Shown one piece after another: positions 46,188 to 58,333 of a stretch of DNA of 64,000 nt (positions are counted from its first letter, which is position 1; each line of letters begins with the position of its first letter). Under the pieces are notes generated by a model. It was given only the letters and a program-made list of their open reading frames with translations, had not been told where the DNA came from and ran no database searches. Source of the stretch: an uncultured Actinomycetes bacterium (GTDB taxonomy: Bacteria; Actinomycetota; Coriobacteriia; Anaerosomatales; PHET01); contig CAVPCY010000013.1 of NCBI GenBank assembly GCA_963702525.1, positions 57,616-121,615 on the forward strand. The letters are read 5' to 3'. A program made the translations under genes and the position numbers.

Positions 46188-46447
46188 CCCACCGCGTTCG
46201 CGGCCTTCATGATGCCGGACTTGCGGTTGGCGGCCTGCTTCTTGTGTACCACGCCCTTGCTGGCGGCCTTGTCGAGCAGTACGGATGCTTCGAGCGCAGC
46301 CGCTTTCGCTGCGTCGGCATCGCCGGCCTCGATGGCGACGTGCACCTTCTTGATGGCGGTCTTCAGCTCAGACCTGACGGCCTTGTTACGCTGGTGCGCC
46401 TTCTCGTTTGTAAGGACGCGCTTCTTCTGGCTCTTGATGTTTGCCAC
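46184..46447 (-). CDS. rpsT: 30S ribosomal protein S20
   Basis: The GTG at 46447 follows an AAAGGG SD. Sequence [33 protein letters not shown]. Its stop overlaps the holA stop (cTTAGc). Confidence 0.92.
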   Translation of the reverse strand: MANIKSQKKRVLTNEKAHQRNKAVRSELKTAIKKVHVAIEAGDADAAKAAALEASVLLDKAASKGVVHKKQAANRKSGIMKAANAVG

Positions 46448-46619
46448 AGTGGTCTTGCCCTTTCGATTCAGATGGTGCCCTCGACAGTGGGGTGTCGACG
46501 AACCTTGCGAGTCTAGCACACGCCACCGAGCGTCGCCAACAGCCTGGCAGAGGGTCGAACCGCCCGTCCGTGAGCGCGAACTTCCGCACGCTGCGCCGCC
46601 CTTGCTAGACTGTACCGCT

Positions 46620-48426
<1,807 letters not shown>

Positions 48427-48444
48427 CCGAGAGGCGTTGGACAA

Positions 48445-49449
48445 GTGCCCTCAGTCGATAAGGTCGCCGCTCTGCTCGCCGAGAACCCGGTGCTTCTCGG
48501 TCCCATGGCGGGAGTCACCGAGGCCCCGTTTCGCGGGATCTGCAAGCGCATGGGCGCCGGCCTGACCTGCACCGAGATGGTCAGTGCGGCAGGCCTGCAC
48601 TTCAACCCGGACTCGGCGGTCTCGAAGCGGCTGCTCACGTTCAGCCCGGAAGAGACGCCGTGCGCGGTGCAGATCTTCGGCTCGGATCCCGAAATCATGG
48701 CTCGGCAGGCCCGAGCCATCGTGGAGCGCTACGGCGATGACGTCGCGCTGATCGACATCAACATGGGATGCCCCGTCACGAAGGTGGTCGCCAAGGGCGA
48801 GGGAAGCGCCCTGATGCGCACTCCGAGACTGGCCGCGCAGATCGTGGCGGCCGTGGTGGCGGAGTGCCCGGTGCCGGTGACCGTGAAGTTCCGAAGAGGG
48901 TGGGACGACAAGAGCGCCAACGCGGTCGAGTTCGCGCGAGAGATGCAGGCCGCAGGCGCGTCGGCGCTTGCCGTCCACGGACGGACTCGGGATCAGTTCT
49001 ACCACGGTCAGGCCGACTGGACGGTCATCGCGCGGGTCAAGCAGGCGGTCGACGTTCCGGTGGTGGGAAGCGGCGACGTCCTGTCGGCTCGCAGTGTCGT
49101 GGCCATGATCGACCAGACCGGGGCCGACGGGGTGATGGTCGCCCGCGGTGCGCAAGGCTACCCCTGGATCTTCCGAGAAGCGCTCTCGTTGCTGCGTGAC
49201 GGAGTTGAGCTGCCCGGGCCGACGCCACTCGAGCGTATCGACATGGCTCGCGAGCATGCGAGGGCACTCGTCGAGTTCGCCGGCGAGCGGGGTGTGGTGC
49301 GCATGCGCAAGCACGTGGCCTGGTACCTCGCCGACATGCCCGGCGCCTCACACGCCCGCTCGCGCATCAATGCGTGCCATACTCACGCCGAGTTGGACGC
49401 GCTGCTTGCCGAGTACCGGGAGTTCGTGGAGGAGCGCCATGTTGTCTGA
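48445..49449 (+). CDS. dusB: tRNA-dihydrouridine synthase
   Basis: Motifs LGPMAGVTEAPFR, DINMGCP and VTVKFRRGWD. Confidence 0.88.
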   Translation: MPSVDKVAALLAENPVLLGPMAGVTEAPFRGICKRMGAGLTCTEMVSAAGLHFNPDSAVSKRLLTFSPEETPCAVQIFGSDPEIMARQARAIVERYGDDVALIDINMGCPVTKVVAKGEGSALMRTPRLAAQIVAAVVAECPVPVTVKFRRGWDDKSANAVEFAREMQAAGASALAVHGRTRDQFYHGQADWTVIARVKQAVDVPVVGSGDVLSARSVVAMIDQTGADGVMVARGAQGYPWIFREALSLLRDGVELPGPTPLERIDMAREHARALVEFAGERGVVRMRKHVAWYLADMPGASHARSRINACHTHAELDALLAEYREFVEERHVV

Positions 49450-49528
49450 GCGACCGCAGGAGTGCTCGGGAGTCGCCGAATCAGATCGCGCACGATGAGC
49501 GACGTCGCGAGACACGACAGCCGACCTC

Positions 49529-50697
49529 ATGGTTGCTCGACTTCCGTCGCACCTCTACGTCCACGTCCCCTTCTGTGCTTCGAAATGCGCGTACTGCGAC
49601 TTCGCGAGCGTGGCGCGAGCGGACGAGGCCACGGTGCGGATGGTCTTTCGCGCCATGCGCACGCAACTGCTTCAGTGGCAGCGAAGCGGCCTGGATGGTG
49701 TGCTGGAGTCCATCTACTTCGGCGGCGGTACGCCGTCACTCGTCGCTGGTGAAGTGGTCGACCTGCTCGGCTTCATCAAGGAGGAGTTCCTCGTGCATGC
49801 CGGCGCCGAGGTGACGGCGGAGGCCAACCCCGACAGCCTCGACCGCAGCACGGTCGCGATGCTCGCTGAAGCGGGCGTGACCCGGGTGAGCCTGGGCGTG
49901 CAGTCCTTCTCCGACCGCGAGCTTCGCGTGCTGGGCAGGGTGCACGATGCCGAGACGGCCGAGCGAGCCTGCAGCGCCGTGTCCGAGGCCGGGCTCGCGT
50001 TGTCGATCGACCTGATGTGCGCGATACCCGGGCAGTCGCGGGCATCGTGGTCCACGACACTCCAGCGGGCCGCCGATACGGGCGCGGAGCACGTGTCGGT
50101 GTATCCACTCACAGTCGAAGACGGCACCCCGATGCAGGTGGCCGTCGACGCTCGGCTGGTGGAGGCGGTGGATTCGGACGTCGCCGCCGAGCACCTCGTT
50201 CTCGCCGAAGCGGCCCTTGGGTACCACGGCTTTCAGTCGCTACGAGGTCGCGAACTACGCGCGTCGCCGCGAGGCTCGGGCGCGACACAACCTCGCCTAC
50301 TGGACAGGGCGCCCGTACATCGGGCTTGGGCCCCGGAGCGCACGGGATGGTCGATGGTGCGGCAGCACGCGAGTCGTGTCTGTTCGGCGATATCGGAGAA
50401 GACGTCGGACGGCTGCGGTATGCGGGCGCCTCCGACATCTCGGATTGGCTCGTGGGCAAGGGGGACACGCTCGAGCTGATGACGCGTGCCGAGGCGGCGC
50501 GCGAGGACGCGATGTTGGGCATGCGACTTGTCGACGGGATCGACGACGAACTCGCACGACGTGCCGGCGTGGTCGGCGTGCTCGAATCCCTGGCCGAGGA
50601 CGGGTTGGTCAGCTACGAAGGATCCAGGTGGTCGGCGACACAGCGCGGATGGCTGCTGGGCAACGAGGTCTTCGGGCGCATCTGGTCGGGCGAGTGA
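49529..50697 (+). pseudogene. hemW: radical SAM heme chaperone HemW (HemN-like), two frame breaks near 50231 and 50334
   Basis: Frame 1 carries LYVHVPFCASKCAYCDF...LGYHGF. Frame 2 carries FSRYEVANYARRREARARHNLAYWTGRPYIGLGP. Frame 3 carries GAHGMVDG... and ends at 50697. Each junction is at a homopolymer (TTT at 50231-50233, CCCC at 50331-50334). Confidence 0.88.
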
Positions 50698-50732
50698 ACC
50701 ACGGCACACACCGCGGTGCTCGCCATCATCGC

Positions 50733-50759
50733 TTGGCACTCGCTATACTTGAGTGCCAA
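50733..50759. promoter_or_regulatory. CIRCE operator (HrcA binding site)
   Basis: TTGGCACTC-N9-GAGTGCCAA is a perfect inverted repeat matching the CIRCE consensus TTAGCACTC-N9-GAGTGCTAA at 16 of 18 positions. It lies 33 nt upstream of hrcA. Confidence 0.9.
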
Positions 50760-50791
50760 ACACGCAGGTACTTCAGGAAGGCGTACGGAGC

Positions 50792-51817
50792 ATGCTGAAC
50801 GACCGCCGCCGCAGGGTGCTCGGGGCACTCGTGGAGGAGTACATATCGAGCGCGCTGCCCGTGGGCTCGAAGACCCTGGTTGCCCGTTACGAGTTGGGCT
50901 GCAGTCCGGCCACGGTTCGAAACGAGCTCTCGATTCTCGAAGAGACCGGGTACGTCACGCAGCCGCACGTCTCGGCGGGCCGTATTCCCACCGACACCGG
51001 CTACCGGAGTTTCGTCGATGAGTTGCTCGAGCGCCGGGGTGCCGGGATGGAAAGCGACATTCCCCAGACGCGGCTGCACGCCGCTGCCGAAGTCGACGAG
51101 CTCATGCGCGAGACGTCTGCCGCCCTGACGCGCCTGACCAGCTGTCTTGCGGTCAGCGTGGCGCCAAGCGTGGCAACCGCCCGGGTGAAGCGGATCGACC
51201 TGCTCTCGATGGCCCGGCGACGGGCGCTGTTCGTGCTGATCACCGAGTCGGGCAGGGTCGTGAACCGCTCGATCGAGCTGGCAGACGAGACGGCCCCTGA
51301 GCGGCTCTCCGAAGTGGAGCGTGCGCTCAACGCGGCGCTCGTGGGCAAGCGTGCTCGCGACATCCGGCCGCTTCGTGACGCGCTCGAGCTCGCCGAGGTG
51401 GGTCGGCATGCAGATGGCCGGTCAGATGGGGTCGTCGGACGGGTCGTGGATGAGATCCTCGACGCTCTCGCGGAAACGGATCGCGATCGCCTCTACCATG
51501 TCGGCGTGCCGGCACTGCTCGCCCAGCCCGAGTTCCACGATGCCGAGCGGGCTCGGCCGTTGATCGAGTTCCTGGAAGACGGCATAGCCATGCTGGAGGC
51601 ACTGTCGGACGTGCTCGGTCATCGCGGGCTCGTCGTACGGATCGGGCACGAGAACCGCCAAGCCGAGCTGGGCAACGTGAGCCTCGTTGCCACCAACTAC
51701 GGGAATGACGCGGCCGACGGCGTGGTAGGCGTCATCGGCCCGACAAGGATGGACTACAACCGCGCGATCTCGGCCGTACGGTCGATGGCCGACGGCCTCG
51801 AGGATGTGCTCGGCTAG
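50792..51817 (+). CDS. hrcA: heat-inducible transcription repressor HrcA
   Basis: [29 protein letters not shown]...[33 protein letters not shown]. Confidence 0.92.
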   Translation: MLNDRRRRVLGALVEEYISSALPVGSKTLVARYELGCSPATVRNELSILEETGYVTQPHVSAGRIPTDTGYRSFVDELLERRGAGMESDIPQTRLHAAAEVDELMRETSAALTRLTSCLAVSVAPSVATARVKRIDLLSMARRRALFVLITESGRVVNRSIELADETAPERLSEVERALNAALVGKRARDIRPLRDALELAEVGRHADGRSDGVVGRVVDEILDALAETDRDRLYHVGVPALLAQPEFHDAERARPLIEFLEDGIAMLEALSDVLGHRGLVVRIGHENRQAELGNVSLVATNYGNDAADGVVGVIGPTRMDYNRAISAVRSMADGLEDVLG

Positions 51818-51846
51818 ACGCCGAGCGCTGTGTGAAAGGAATCCGC

Positions 51847-53004
51847 GTGCCTGCGAGTACCCGTGACTACTACGCCACGTTGGGCGTTGAGCGCTCGGCC
51901 AACGCCGAGGAGATCAAGAAGGCGTTTCGCCGCAAGGCGAGGGAGCTGCATCCCGACGTCAACAAGGCGCCCGATGCCGAGGAGCGCTTCAAGGAGGTCA
52001 ACGAGGCCTACGACGTGCTCTCGGACCCCCAGAAGCGGGAGCAATACGACACCTTCGGCAGCGTGGGGCGCGGCCCCGGAGGCCCGGCCGGCGGCGGATA
52101 CCAGTACGTCGACCTGAACGACCTGTTCGGTGGGGGCGGCTCGGGCGGCTTCGACATGGGCGATCTGTTCAGCGCCTTCTTCGGCGGCGTGACCGGTGCG
52201 CAACGCGGAGCCAGGCTCGAGGGCCGCAACATGGCCATGGCGATGACGATCACGCTCAAGGAAGCCGGAACGGGCGTCGAGAAGGAGATCGTGCTCGACC
52301 GGCTCGCGCCCTGCGATGTGTGCGGGGGGTCGGGTTCGTCGGCGGGCAGCTCAGTGGTGACGTGTTCGGATTGCGGCGGCAGCGGTCAGCGTGTCACCGT
52401 GCGCAGGACCTTCCTCGGCAACATGCAGACGGCGGTCCCCTGCGAGCGCTGCGGCGCGACAGGCAAGGTCATCGAGAAGCCGTGTGAGGAGTGCCAGGGC
52501 TCTGGACGCGTTCCTGACCGCCAGCACGTGCAGGTGAGTGTCCCGGCAGGGATCCGCGAGGGTCAGCAGATCAGGCTGCGTGGTCTGGGCGAGGCCGGTA
52601 TCCGTGGTGCGGCGTCGGGCGACCTGATAGTCACCATTCACATCAAGCCGGACGACTTCTTGCACAGAGAGGGCGACGACCTGCACTGCAGGGCGAGCGT
52701 GTCGATCACGCAGGCGGCATTGGGTGCGGAGCTCAAGGTGTGTGGCTTGCTCGAGGACAACGAGGTTCGCATTCCCGCAGGCAGCCAGCACGGTGACACC
52801 GTGAGGGTCAAGCACCGGGGCATGCCCAGAGTGGGCGGCGGAGGCTCGCGTGGCGACCTGATCGTGCACGTCGGGGTCGACGTCCCCAAGAAGCTCTCGA
52901 AACGCCAGAAGGAGTTGCTCGCCGAGCTCGCCGAGGAGTTCGGCGACGCCACCAGCTCCGACAAGACCCCGCTTGAGAAACTCAAGGACTGGCTGAGAGG
53001 GTAG
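51847..53004 (+). CDS. dnaJ: molecular chaperone DnaJ
   Basis: J domain (DYYATLGV...HPDVNK), a G/F-rich region and four CxxCxGxG zinc-finger repeats. The GTG at 51847 follows GAAAGGA. Confidence 0.92.
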   Translation: MPASTRDYYATLGVERSANAEEIKKAFRRKARELHPDVNKAPDAEERFKEVNEAYDVLSDPQKREQYDTFGSVGRGPGGPAGGGYQYVDLNDLFGGGGSGGFDMGDLFSAFFGGVTGAQRGARLEGRNMAMAMTITLKEAGTGVEKEIVLDRLAPCDVCGGSGSSAGSSVVTCSDCGGSGQRVTVRRTFLGNMQTAVPCERCGATGKVIEKPCEECQGSGRVPDRQHVQVSVPAGIREGQQIRLRGLGEAGIRGAASGDLIVTIHIKPDDFLHREGDDLHCRASVSITQAALGAELKVCGLLEDNEVRIPAGSQHGDTVRVKHRGMPRVGGGGSRGDLIVHVGVDVPKKLSKRQKELLAELAEEFGDATSSDKTPLEKLKDWLRG

Positions 53005-53006
53005 CC

Positions 53007-53771
53007 GTGTCGCGAGCGCGATTCTTCCTGAACGCGGAGCTGCCGACGGGACCGACAGTGGTGCTGCCATTGTCCGCTGAGGACCACCACCATGCGCAGC
53101 GCGTGCTGCGGGTTCGTGCCGGGGAGGATCTCGACGTCGTCGCACCCTCGGGCGCCGTGTGGCACGTGCGCATCCGCGACGTGGCCGACGACACCATCAG
53201 CGCCGACGTGCTGGGGGAGTCGCCCGCCGTGGTCGAGCCGGCCGTGACGCTGTTCCAGGGCGTTGCGAAGGGCGACAAGATGGAGTCGATCGTGCGCCAG
53301 GCGGTCGAGGTCGGCGCCGCATCGGTCGTGCCCGTCCTGACTTCCCGGGGTGTCGTGAGGATGGATGACGCCAAACGGGTGCAGCGTGTCGAGCGCTGGC
53401 GCAGGATCTCGCGCTCCGCAGCCGAGCAGTCACGGCGAGCGAACGTGCCGGAGGTGCATGACGTCGTCACGTTCGCGGACGCGTGCGGGCTTCTCGAAGG
53501 GTTCGACCGAATCATCGTGCTGTGGGAGGAGCAGGCCGGGTCGCTTGTCACGTCGGTGGTACGAGGCTCCTTCGAGTCCACTCAGATCCGGGTGGCGGTG
53601 GTGGTCGGTCCCGAAGGCGGTCTCTCTGCCGAGGAGGTCTCGGAACTGAGGACCCGAGGCGCGCTCGTGGCATCTCTCGGCCCATCGATCATGCGTACCG
53701 AGACTGCAGCCGTAGTCGGGCTGAGCCTCGTCATCGCTGCGTTGCAGGAGGCCGGCGCAAGCGATGCCTGA
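53007..53771 (+). CDS. rsmE: 16S rRNA (uracil1498-N3)-methyltransferase RsmE
   Basis: An RFF start motif, then LFQGVAKGDKMESIVRQAVEVGA and VVVGPEGGLSAEE. Confidence 0.85.
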   Translation: MSRARFFLNAELPTGPTVVLPLSAEDHHHAQRVLRVRAGEDLDVVAPSGAVWHVRIRDVADDTISADVLGESPAVVEPAVTLFQGVAKGDKMESIVRQAVEVGAASVVPVLTSRGVVRMDDAKRVQRVERWRRISRSAAEQSRRANVPEVHDVVTFADACGLLEGFDRIIVLWEEQAGSLVTSVVRGSFESTQIRVAVVVGPEGGLSAEEVSELRTRGALVASLGPSIMRTETAAVVGLSLVIAALQEAGASDA

Positions 53772-55059
53772 CGAGAAGGCTCCTCGCATGCTGCTGCCGG
53801 TCGCCGTGCGCACGCTGGGCTGCAAGGTCAATCGTTTCGAGAGCGACGAGATCGCAGCCGAGCTGCTCGGCAGGGGTGTGGCCATCGGCGACGAGGACGA
53901 TGCGGCGGTCATCGTCGTGAACACGTGCACCGTCACGGGAGAGGCCGACGCCAAGGCACGCAAGGCGGTCAGGCACGCTCTGAAACGCGCGGGCGACCCG
54001 GTCGTGGTGGTGACCGGATGTCTCGCGACGCTTGACGCTGCTGCCCTGCGCGCGCTCTCGCCGCGAGTGATCGTGGAGCCGGACAAGGACCGCGTCGCCG
54101 AGGCGGTCGGCGAGGCGCTCGGCGTGACCGACAAGTGGAGCGCGACGCCCGCAACTCCCGCAGCGCCGTGGGGCGAACGATTCCGGGTTCGGGCGATGCT
54201 CAAGGTCCAGGACGGGTGTGACAGCTTCTGCGCGTACTGCATCGTGCCCTACGCTCGTGGCGTGCCCCGGTCCATGCCGTTGCGACAGGTCGTCGAGCGG
54301 GCCGGCGACCTCGTGAGCGCGGGAGCGCGTGAGATCGTTCTGAGCGGCATCAATATCGGGCGCTACTGCGACGGCCCGAACGATCTGGCCGGCGTCGTGG
54401 CGGCGGTCTCGGCAACCGGTGTTGCGCGCGTGCGCCTGTCGAGTATCGAACCGCAGCATCTGAGCGCAAGGCTTCTGGAGGTGCTCGCGTCCACGCCGGC
54501 GGTCTGTGCACACCTCCACGTACCCCTTCAGAGCGGCAGTGACCGCGTGCTCGGCCTGATGGGCCGCTCCTATACCGCCGAGCAGTTCGCGAGCACCATC
54601 GAGGAGGCGCGCGCAGCTCTACCGGGTCTCTCGGTGACGACCGATCTGATCGCGGGCTTCCCGACAGAGACCGACGTCGATCACGCCGACGGGATGGAGT
54701 TCGTGCGGGAGATGGGCTTTGCCAAGGTGCACGTGTTCCGCTACAGCGAACGTGCGGGCACGCCGGCAGCGAGCGCGGAGCAGGTACTGCCCCGGATTCG
54801 TGCAAGACGCGCGGCGGATCTTCGCGCGCTCGGCGAGTCGATGCGCCGCGACTACCTGGTGGCCAGGTCGGGCGAGACCGCCGAGTTGCTCGTCGAGACG
54901 GTGGCCAACGGGCTGGCGACGGGCACCACTCGGGAGTACATACGCGCTTCGGTAGCGGGAGCGGGACTTGCCCCCGGCGACATCGTCGAGGTGGCGCTTT
55001 GCGAAGGCGACACTGAGCCGCTGCGCGCGAGTCGCGTGCCCGAGGCGCTGCAGGCGTAG
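53764..55059 (+). CDS. mtaB: tRNA methylthiotransferase MtaB (MiaB-like radical SAM)
   Basis: UPF0004 N-terminal domain (TLGCKVNRFESDE), a radical-SAM CDSFCAYC motif and a C-terminal TRAM-like domain. Confidence 0.85.
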   Translation: MPDEKAPRMLLPVAVRTLGCKVNRFESDEIAAELLGRGVAIGDEDDAAVIVVNTCTVTGEADAKARKAVRHALKRAGDPVVVVTGCLATLDAAALRALSPRVIVEPDKDRVAEAVGEALGVTDKWSATPATPAAPWGERFRVRAMLKVQDGCDSFCAYCIVPYARGVPRSMPLRQVVERAGDLVSAGAREIVLSGINIGRYCDGPNDLAGVVAAVSATGVARVRLSSIEPQHLSARLLEVLASTPAVCAHLHVPLQSGSDRVLGLMGRSYTAEQFASTIEEARAALPGLSVTTDLIAGFPTETDVDHADGMEFVREMGFAKVHVFRYSERAGTPAASAEQVLPRIRARRAADLRALGESMRRDYLVARSGETAELLVETVANGLATGTTREYIRASVAGAGLAPGDIVEVALCEGDTEPLRASRVPEALQA

Positions 55060-55074
55060 TCCCGGCGCCACCGG

Positions 55075-55083
55075 TGGTAGAAT
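55075..55083 (+). promoter_or_regulatory. extended -10 element (TGGTAGAAT) upstream of phoH
   Basis: Identical 9-mer to the element at 16675-16683. It lies 60 nt upstream of the phoH start. Confidence 0.4.
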
Positions 55084-55143
55084 CTGAGGCGAGGGAGCGC
55101 AGGTCATCAGCGCGTCCTGTGAAGCGAACCGCAGCGAACCGAG

Positions 55144-56130
55144 GTGCATCGACACATCGTGGAACCCACCCAGATCCGTCTCGTCGTACCGCCCGAACTC
55201 GACATGACGCGCCTGTTAGGGCAAGGCGACTCTCTCTTGCGAGTCATCGAGGACCAGTTCGACCCCCGTATCTCCGTGCGAGGCAACGAGATAACGATAG
55301 CCGGGGATGCCGCCGACTCCGCGACCGTCTCGGCGCTTTTCTCCGAGATGATCGGGCTGATAGAGCGCGGCGAGCATCTCACGCCGGACGCTGTGGAAAG
55401 ATCTATCGAGTTGCTCACGCACGGCGAGTGCACACCCACGGCGCTGCACGGCGATGTAATCCTGACTCACAAGGGCAAGGCCATTCGGCCCAAGACCGGC
55501 GGGCAGAAGCGCTACGTCGACGCGATACGCACGCACACCGTGGCCTTCGGCATCGGTCCGGCAGGCACCGGCAAGACGTATCTCGCCATGGCCATGGCCG
55601 TCGAGGCCCTGAAGCGAAAGCAGGTCGGGCGGATCATCCTCACGCGCCCGGCCGTTGAAGCGGGTGAGTCTCTCGGCTTTCTGCCGGGCACGCTGACCGA
55701 GAAGGTCGACCCTTACCTGCGCCCGCTCTATGACGCTCTCTTCGACATGATGGACGCCGAGAAGTCCGCCTCCATGCTCGAGCGCGGCGTGATAGAGATC
55801 GCGCCGCTCGCCTACATGCGCGGGCGCACTCTCAACGACAGCTTCGTCATTCTCGACGAGGCGCAGAACACCACCGCCGAGCAGATGAAGATGTTCCTGA
55901 CACGTCTTGGCTTCGGTTCGAGGATCGTCGTCACCGGCGACGTGACCCAGATCGACCTGCCGCGCGGAGTCTCCGGCCTGCGCCAGGTGCGCGACATTCT
56001 CTGCGGCGTCAAGGACATCGCGTTCATCGAACTCACCGGGAAGGACGTCGTGCGCCACAAGCTCGTTCAACGGATCGTCACGGCCTATCAGACCTATGAG
56101 GAAGCGCACGCCGGTCCGGCCGATGGCTAG
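55144..56130 (+). CDS. phoH: PhoH-family ATPase
   Basis: Motifs [20 protein letters not shown] and GDVTQIDLP. Confidence 0.9.
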   Translation: MHRHIVEPTQIRLVVPPELDMTRLLGQGDSLLRVIEDQFDPRISVRGNEITIAGDAADSATVSALFSEMIGLIERGEHLTPDAVERSIELLTHGECTPTALHGDVILTHKGKAIRPKTGGQKRYVDAIRTHTVAFGIGPAGTGKTYLAMAMAVEALKRKQVGRIILTRPAVEAGESLGFLPGTLTEKVDPYLRPLYDALFDMMDAEKSASMLERGVIEIAPLAYMRGRTLNDSFVILDEAQNTTAEQMKMFLTRLGFGSRIVVTGDVTQIDLPRGVSGLRQVRDILCGVKDIAFIELTGKDVVRHKLVQRIVTAYQTYEEAHAGPADG

Positions 56131-57160
56131 CCGCAGCGACACGCGCGTGCTGGATATGCCGCGAATCACGTCGCGCGCTCTTGCCATGCGTCCCGGAAGC
56201 CGCCACAAGTTGGCCATCGCGGCGTCCGTGGCGATCGTCGGTGCAACGGCGCTTGGTGCACTCGTCGCCTACATCGGTGCTGTGTTTGCCGGCAACAGCG
56301 CTCAGTCCGCGTCTGTCGCCGCAACGTGGGGGGCCTTGGGCGCGTTCGTGGCGGCCGCGGTAGGTGTCGCTGCGGTCCCGGTAGCCAGGCGCATGCTCAT
56401 CAGCCGGGAGGACGTTCGTCTCGTGGAGGCGGCGAGTCCTGTCCACCCGCTGATTCGTCGGCTCATGACCGAGGCGCCTGGCACGTACACCCACTCGCTG
56501 GCGGTGGCGAGCTTGGCCGAGGCGGGCGCGGATGCGGTAGGCGCCGACCCGCTGGTCTCGCGAGTGGGGGCGTACTACCACGACGTCGGCAAGATCCGAC
56601 GCCCCTGCTATTTCTTCGAGAACCTGGCAGAGGGCGAGAACCCTCATGACGAGCAGAAACCCTCCCTGTCGGCTCTGATCATCACCTCTCACGTCGCCGA
56701 CGGGCTCGAGTTGGCCGCGGAGTACGACCTGCCTCAACGTGTGCGCGACATCATCAGGGAGCATCACGGCACCTCGCTCATCCGGTACTTCTTCAATAAG
56801 GCGAGCGAGGGCGATACGGACGTGTTCGAAGCCGACTTCCGGTATCACGGCGGCAAGCCGAGCACGCGCGAGGCCGCGCTGGTGATGATCGCCGACTCGT
56901 GCGAGGCAGCGATTCGTGCGCTGAAGGAGCCGACCATCAACGGGGTCGAGAAGTCCGTCAGGTTCGTCATCGACGACAAGCTGCTCGACGGACAGCTCGA
57001 GGACTCCGGGCTGAGCTCGGAGGACATAGGGGCCGTCACCGAGACGTATGCCAAGATGCTTGTGAGCATGCTTCACGCACGATGCGAGTACCCGCAGCCG
57101 CTCTCGGCACCGAGGAGGGAAGCGTATGCAGATCAGCGTCGTGAGCCATCGCGAGCCTGA
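56123..57160 (+). CDS. HDIG-domain membrane phosphohydrolase (short PgpH/YqfF-like)
   Basis: Two or three N-terminal TM segments, then an HD domain (THSLAVASLA...YYHDVGK...HHG). It holds the conserved slot between phoH and ybeY. The start could be 56096 or 56123. Confidence 0.75.
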   Translation: MASRSDTRVLDMPRITSRALAMRPGSRHKLAIAASVAIVGATALGALVAYIGAVFAGNSAQSASVAATWGALGAFVAAAVGVAAVPVARRMLISREDVRLVEAASPVHPLIRRLMTEAPGTYTHSLAVASLAEAGADAVGADPLVSRVGAYYHDVGKIRRPCYFFENLAEGENPHDEQKPSLSALIITSHVADGLELAAEYDLPQRVRDIIREHHGTSLIRYFFNKASEGDTDVFEADFRYHGGKPSTREAALVMIADSCEAAIRALKEPTINGVEKSVRFVIDDKLLDGQLEDSGLSSEDIGAVTETYAKMLVSMLHARCEYPQPLSAPRREAYADQRREPSRA

Positions 57161-57575
57161 GCCATTGGACTTGTCGGCTTTCGAGAGACTCGCCGGCTTC
57201 GTGCTGGAACGCGAGGAGGCGCCGGACGCGATCGAGCTGTCCATCGCGGTCGTGGCGCTCGACGAGATGGCCGACCTGAACCTTCGGTTCCGCGACAAGG
57301 AAGGTCCCACCGACGTCTTGTCGTTCGGGTGCGACGATCCGTGCGCGGTCGTGGGTCCCGATGAGCCGGTCACCCTCGGAGACGTCGTGATCGCTCCCGA
57401 GGTGGCCGAATCCCAAGCCGTCGAGTACGGACATACGGTAGAGGAGGAACTCAACCTCCTGCTCGTCCACGGTGTTCTGCATCTGCTGGGCTACGATCAC
57501 GATTCCGACGAGGGCGCCGCCGCGATGCAGGCTCGAGAGCGTGTCCTGCTTCAGGCGTGGGCGGCGACGATGTAG
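57126..57575 (+). CDS. ybeY: rRNA maturation endoribonuclease YbeY
   Basis: A GGAGGGAAG SD and the zinc motif HGVLHLLGYDH. Confidence 0.9.
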   Translation: MQISVVSHREPEPLDLSAFERLAGFVLEREEAPDAIELSIAVVALDEMADLNLRFRDKEGPTDVLSFGCDDPCAVVGPDEPVTLGDVVIAPEVAESQAVEYGHTVEEELNLLLVHGVLHLLGYDHDSDEGAAAMQARERVLLQAWAATM

Positions 57576-57584
57576 CGTGCGTCG

Positions 57585-58289
57585 ATGAAGAAGGCGCGCT
57601 CCATCCTGTGGAGTTTCAACTACGCGATAGAAGGGATCGTCTACACCCTGCGCACGCAGCGCAACATGCGCGTGCACATGGTGCTGGCGGTGCTCGTGGG
57701 CACCGGCTGCCTTCTACTTGGCATCGAACGGATGCAGCTTGTCGCCGTTGTGTTCGCCATCAGCCTCGTGTTCGTGACCGAGCTCGTGAACACCGCCATC
57801 GAGGCGACGGTGGATCTATCGGTCGAGCGGTTCGACCCGCTCGCAAAGATCGCGAAGGACGTGGCTGCCGGGGCAGTCCTGTGTGCGGCTGTCAACGCGC
57901 TTATCGTCGCCTACTTGGTGCTCTACGAACCGGTGCGGGCGTTGATGCAGCGCGGGCTGGACCTCGTGACGTTCTCCTCGGCCGATCTGACCGTCATCGC
58001 GCTGGGCCTCACGATGCTCGCGGTGCTCATACTCAAGGCGGTGTCGAGAGAGGGCACGTGGATGCAGGGTGGATGGCCGAGTGGCCATGCTGCCATCGCG
58101 TTCGGAGCGGCCACGATGCTCGGCTTCATGACCGGGAGTGCCGGCGCGCTCGCCTTGGGGTACTTCGTCGCCTTCCTCGTGGCGCAGAGCCGCGTCGAGG
58201 GCGGTATTCACACGATTCCGCAGGTGATAGTGGGCGGGCTTCTCGGCGTGCTCATCGTCACCGTTGTCTTTCAGGTATTCTTCCGGTGA
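57585..58289 (+). CDS. dgkA: DgkA-type lipid kinase fused to a PAP2 phosphatase domain
   Basis: The N-terminal ~120 aa is DgkA-like (FNYAIEGIVYTLRTQRNMRVH...ELVNTAIEATVD...AKDVAAGAVL). The C-terminal half has the PAP2 motifs PSGHAA and SRVEGGIHT. Confidence 0.8.
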   Translation: MKKARSILWSFNYAIEGIVYTLRTQRNMRVHMVLAVLVGTGCLLLGIERMQLVAVVFAISLVFVTELVNTAIEATVDLSVERFDPLAKIAKDVAAGAVLCAAVNALIVAYLVLYEPVRALMQRGLDLVTFSSADLTVIALGLTMLAVLILKAVSREGTWMQGGWPSGHAAIAFGAATMLGFMTGSAGALALGYFVAFLVAQSRVEGGIHTIPQVIVGGLLGVLIVTVVFQVFFR

Positions 58290-58333
58290 TGCGGCACAGA
58301 AGCGACGCGACGGCGGCGAAAGGTGGGTGAACG

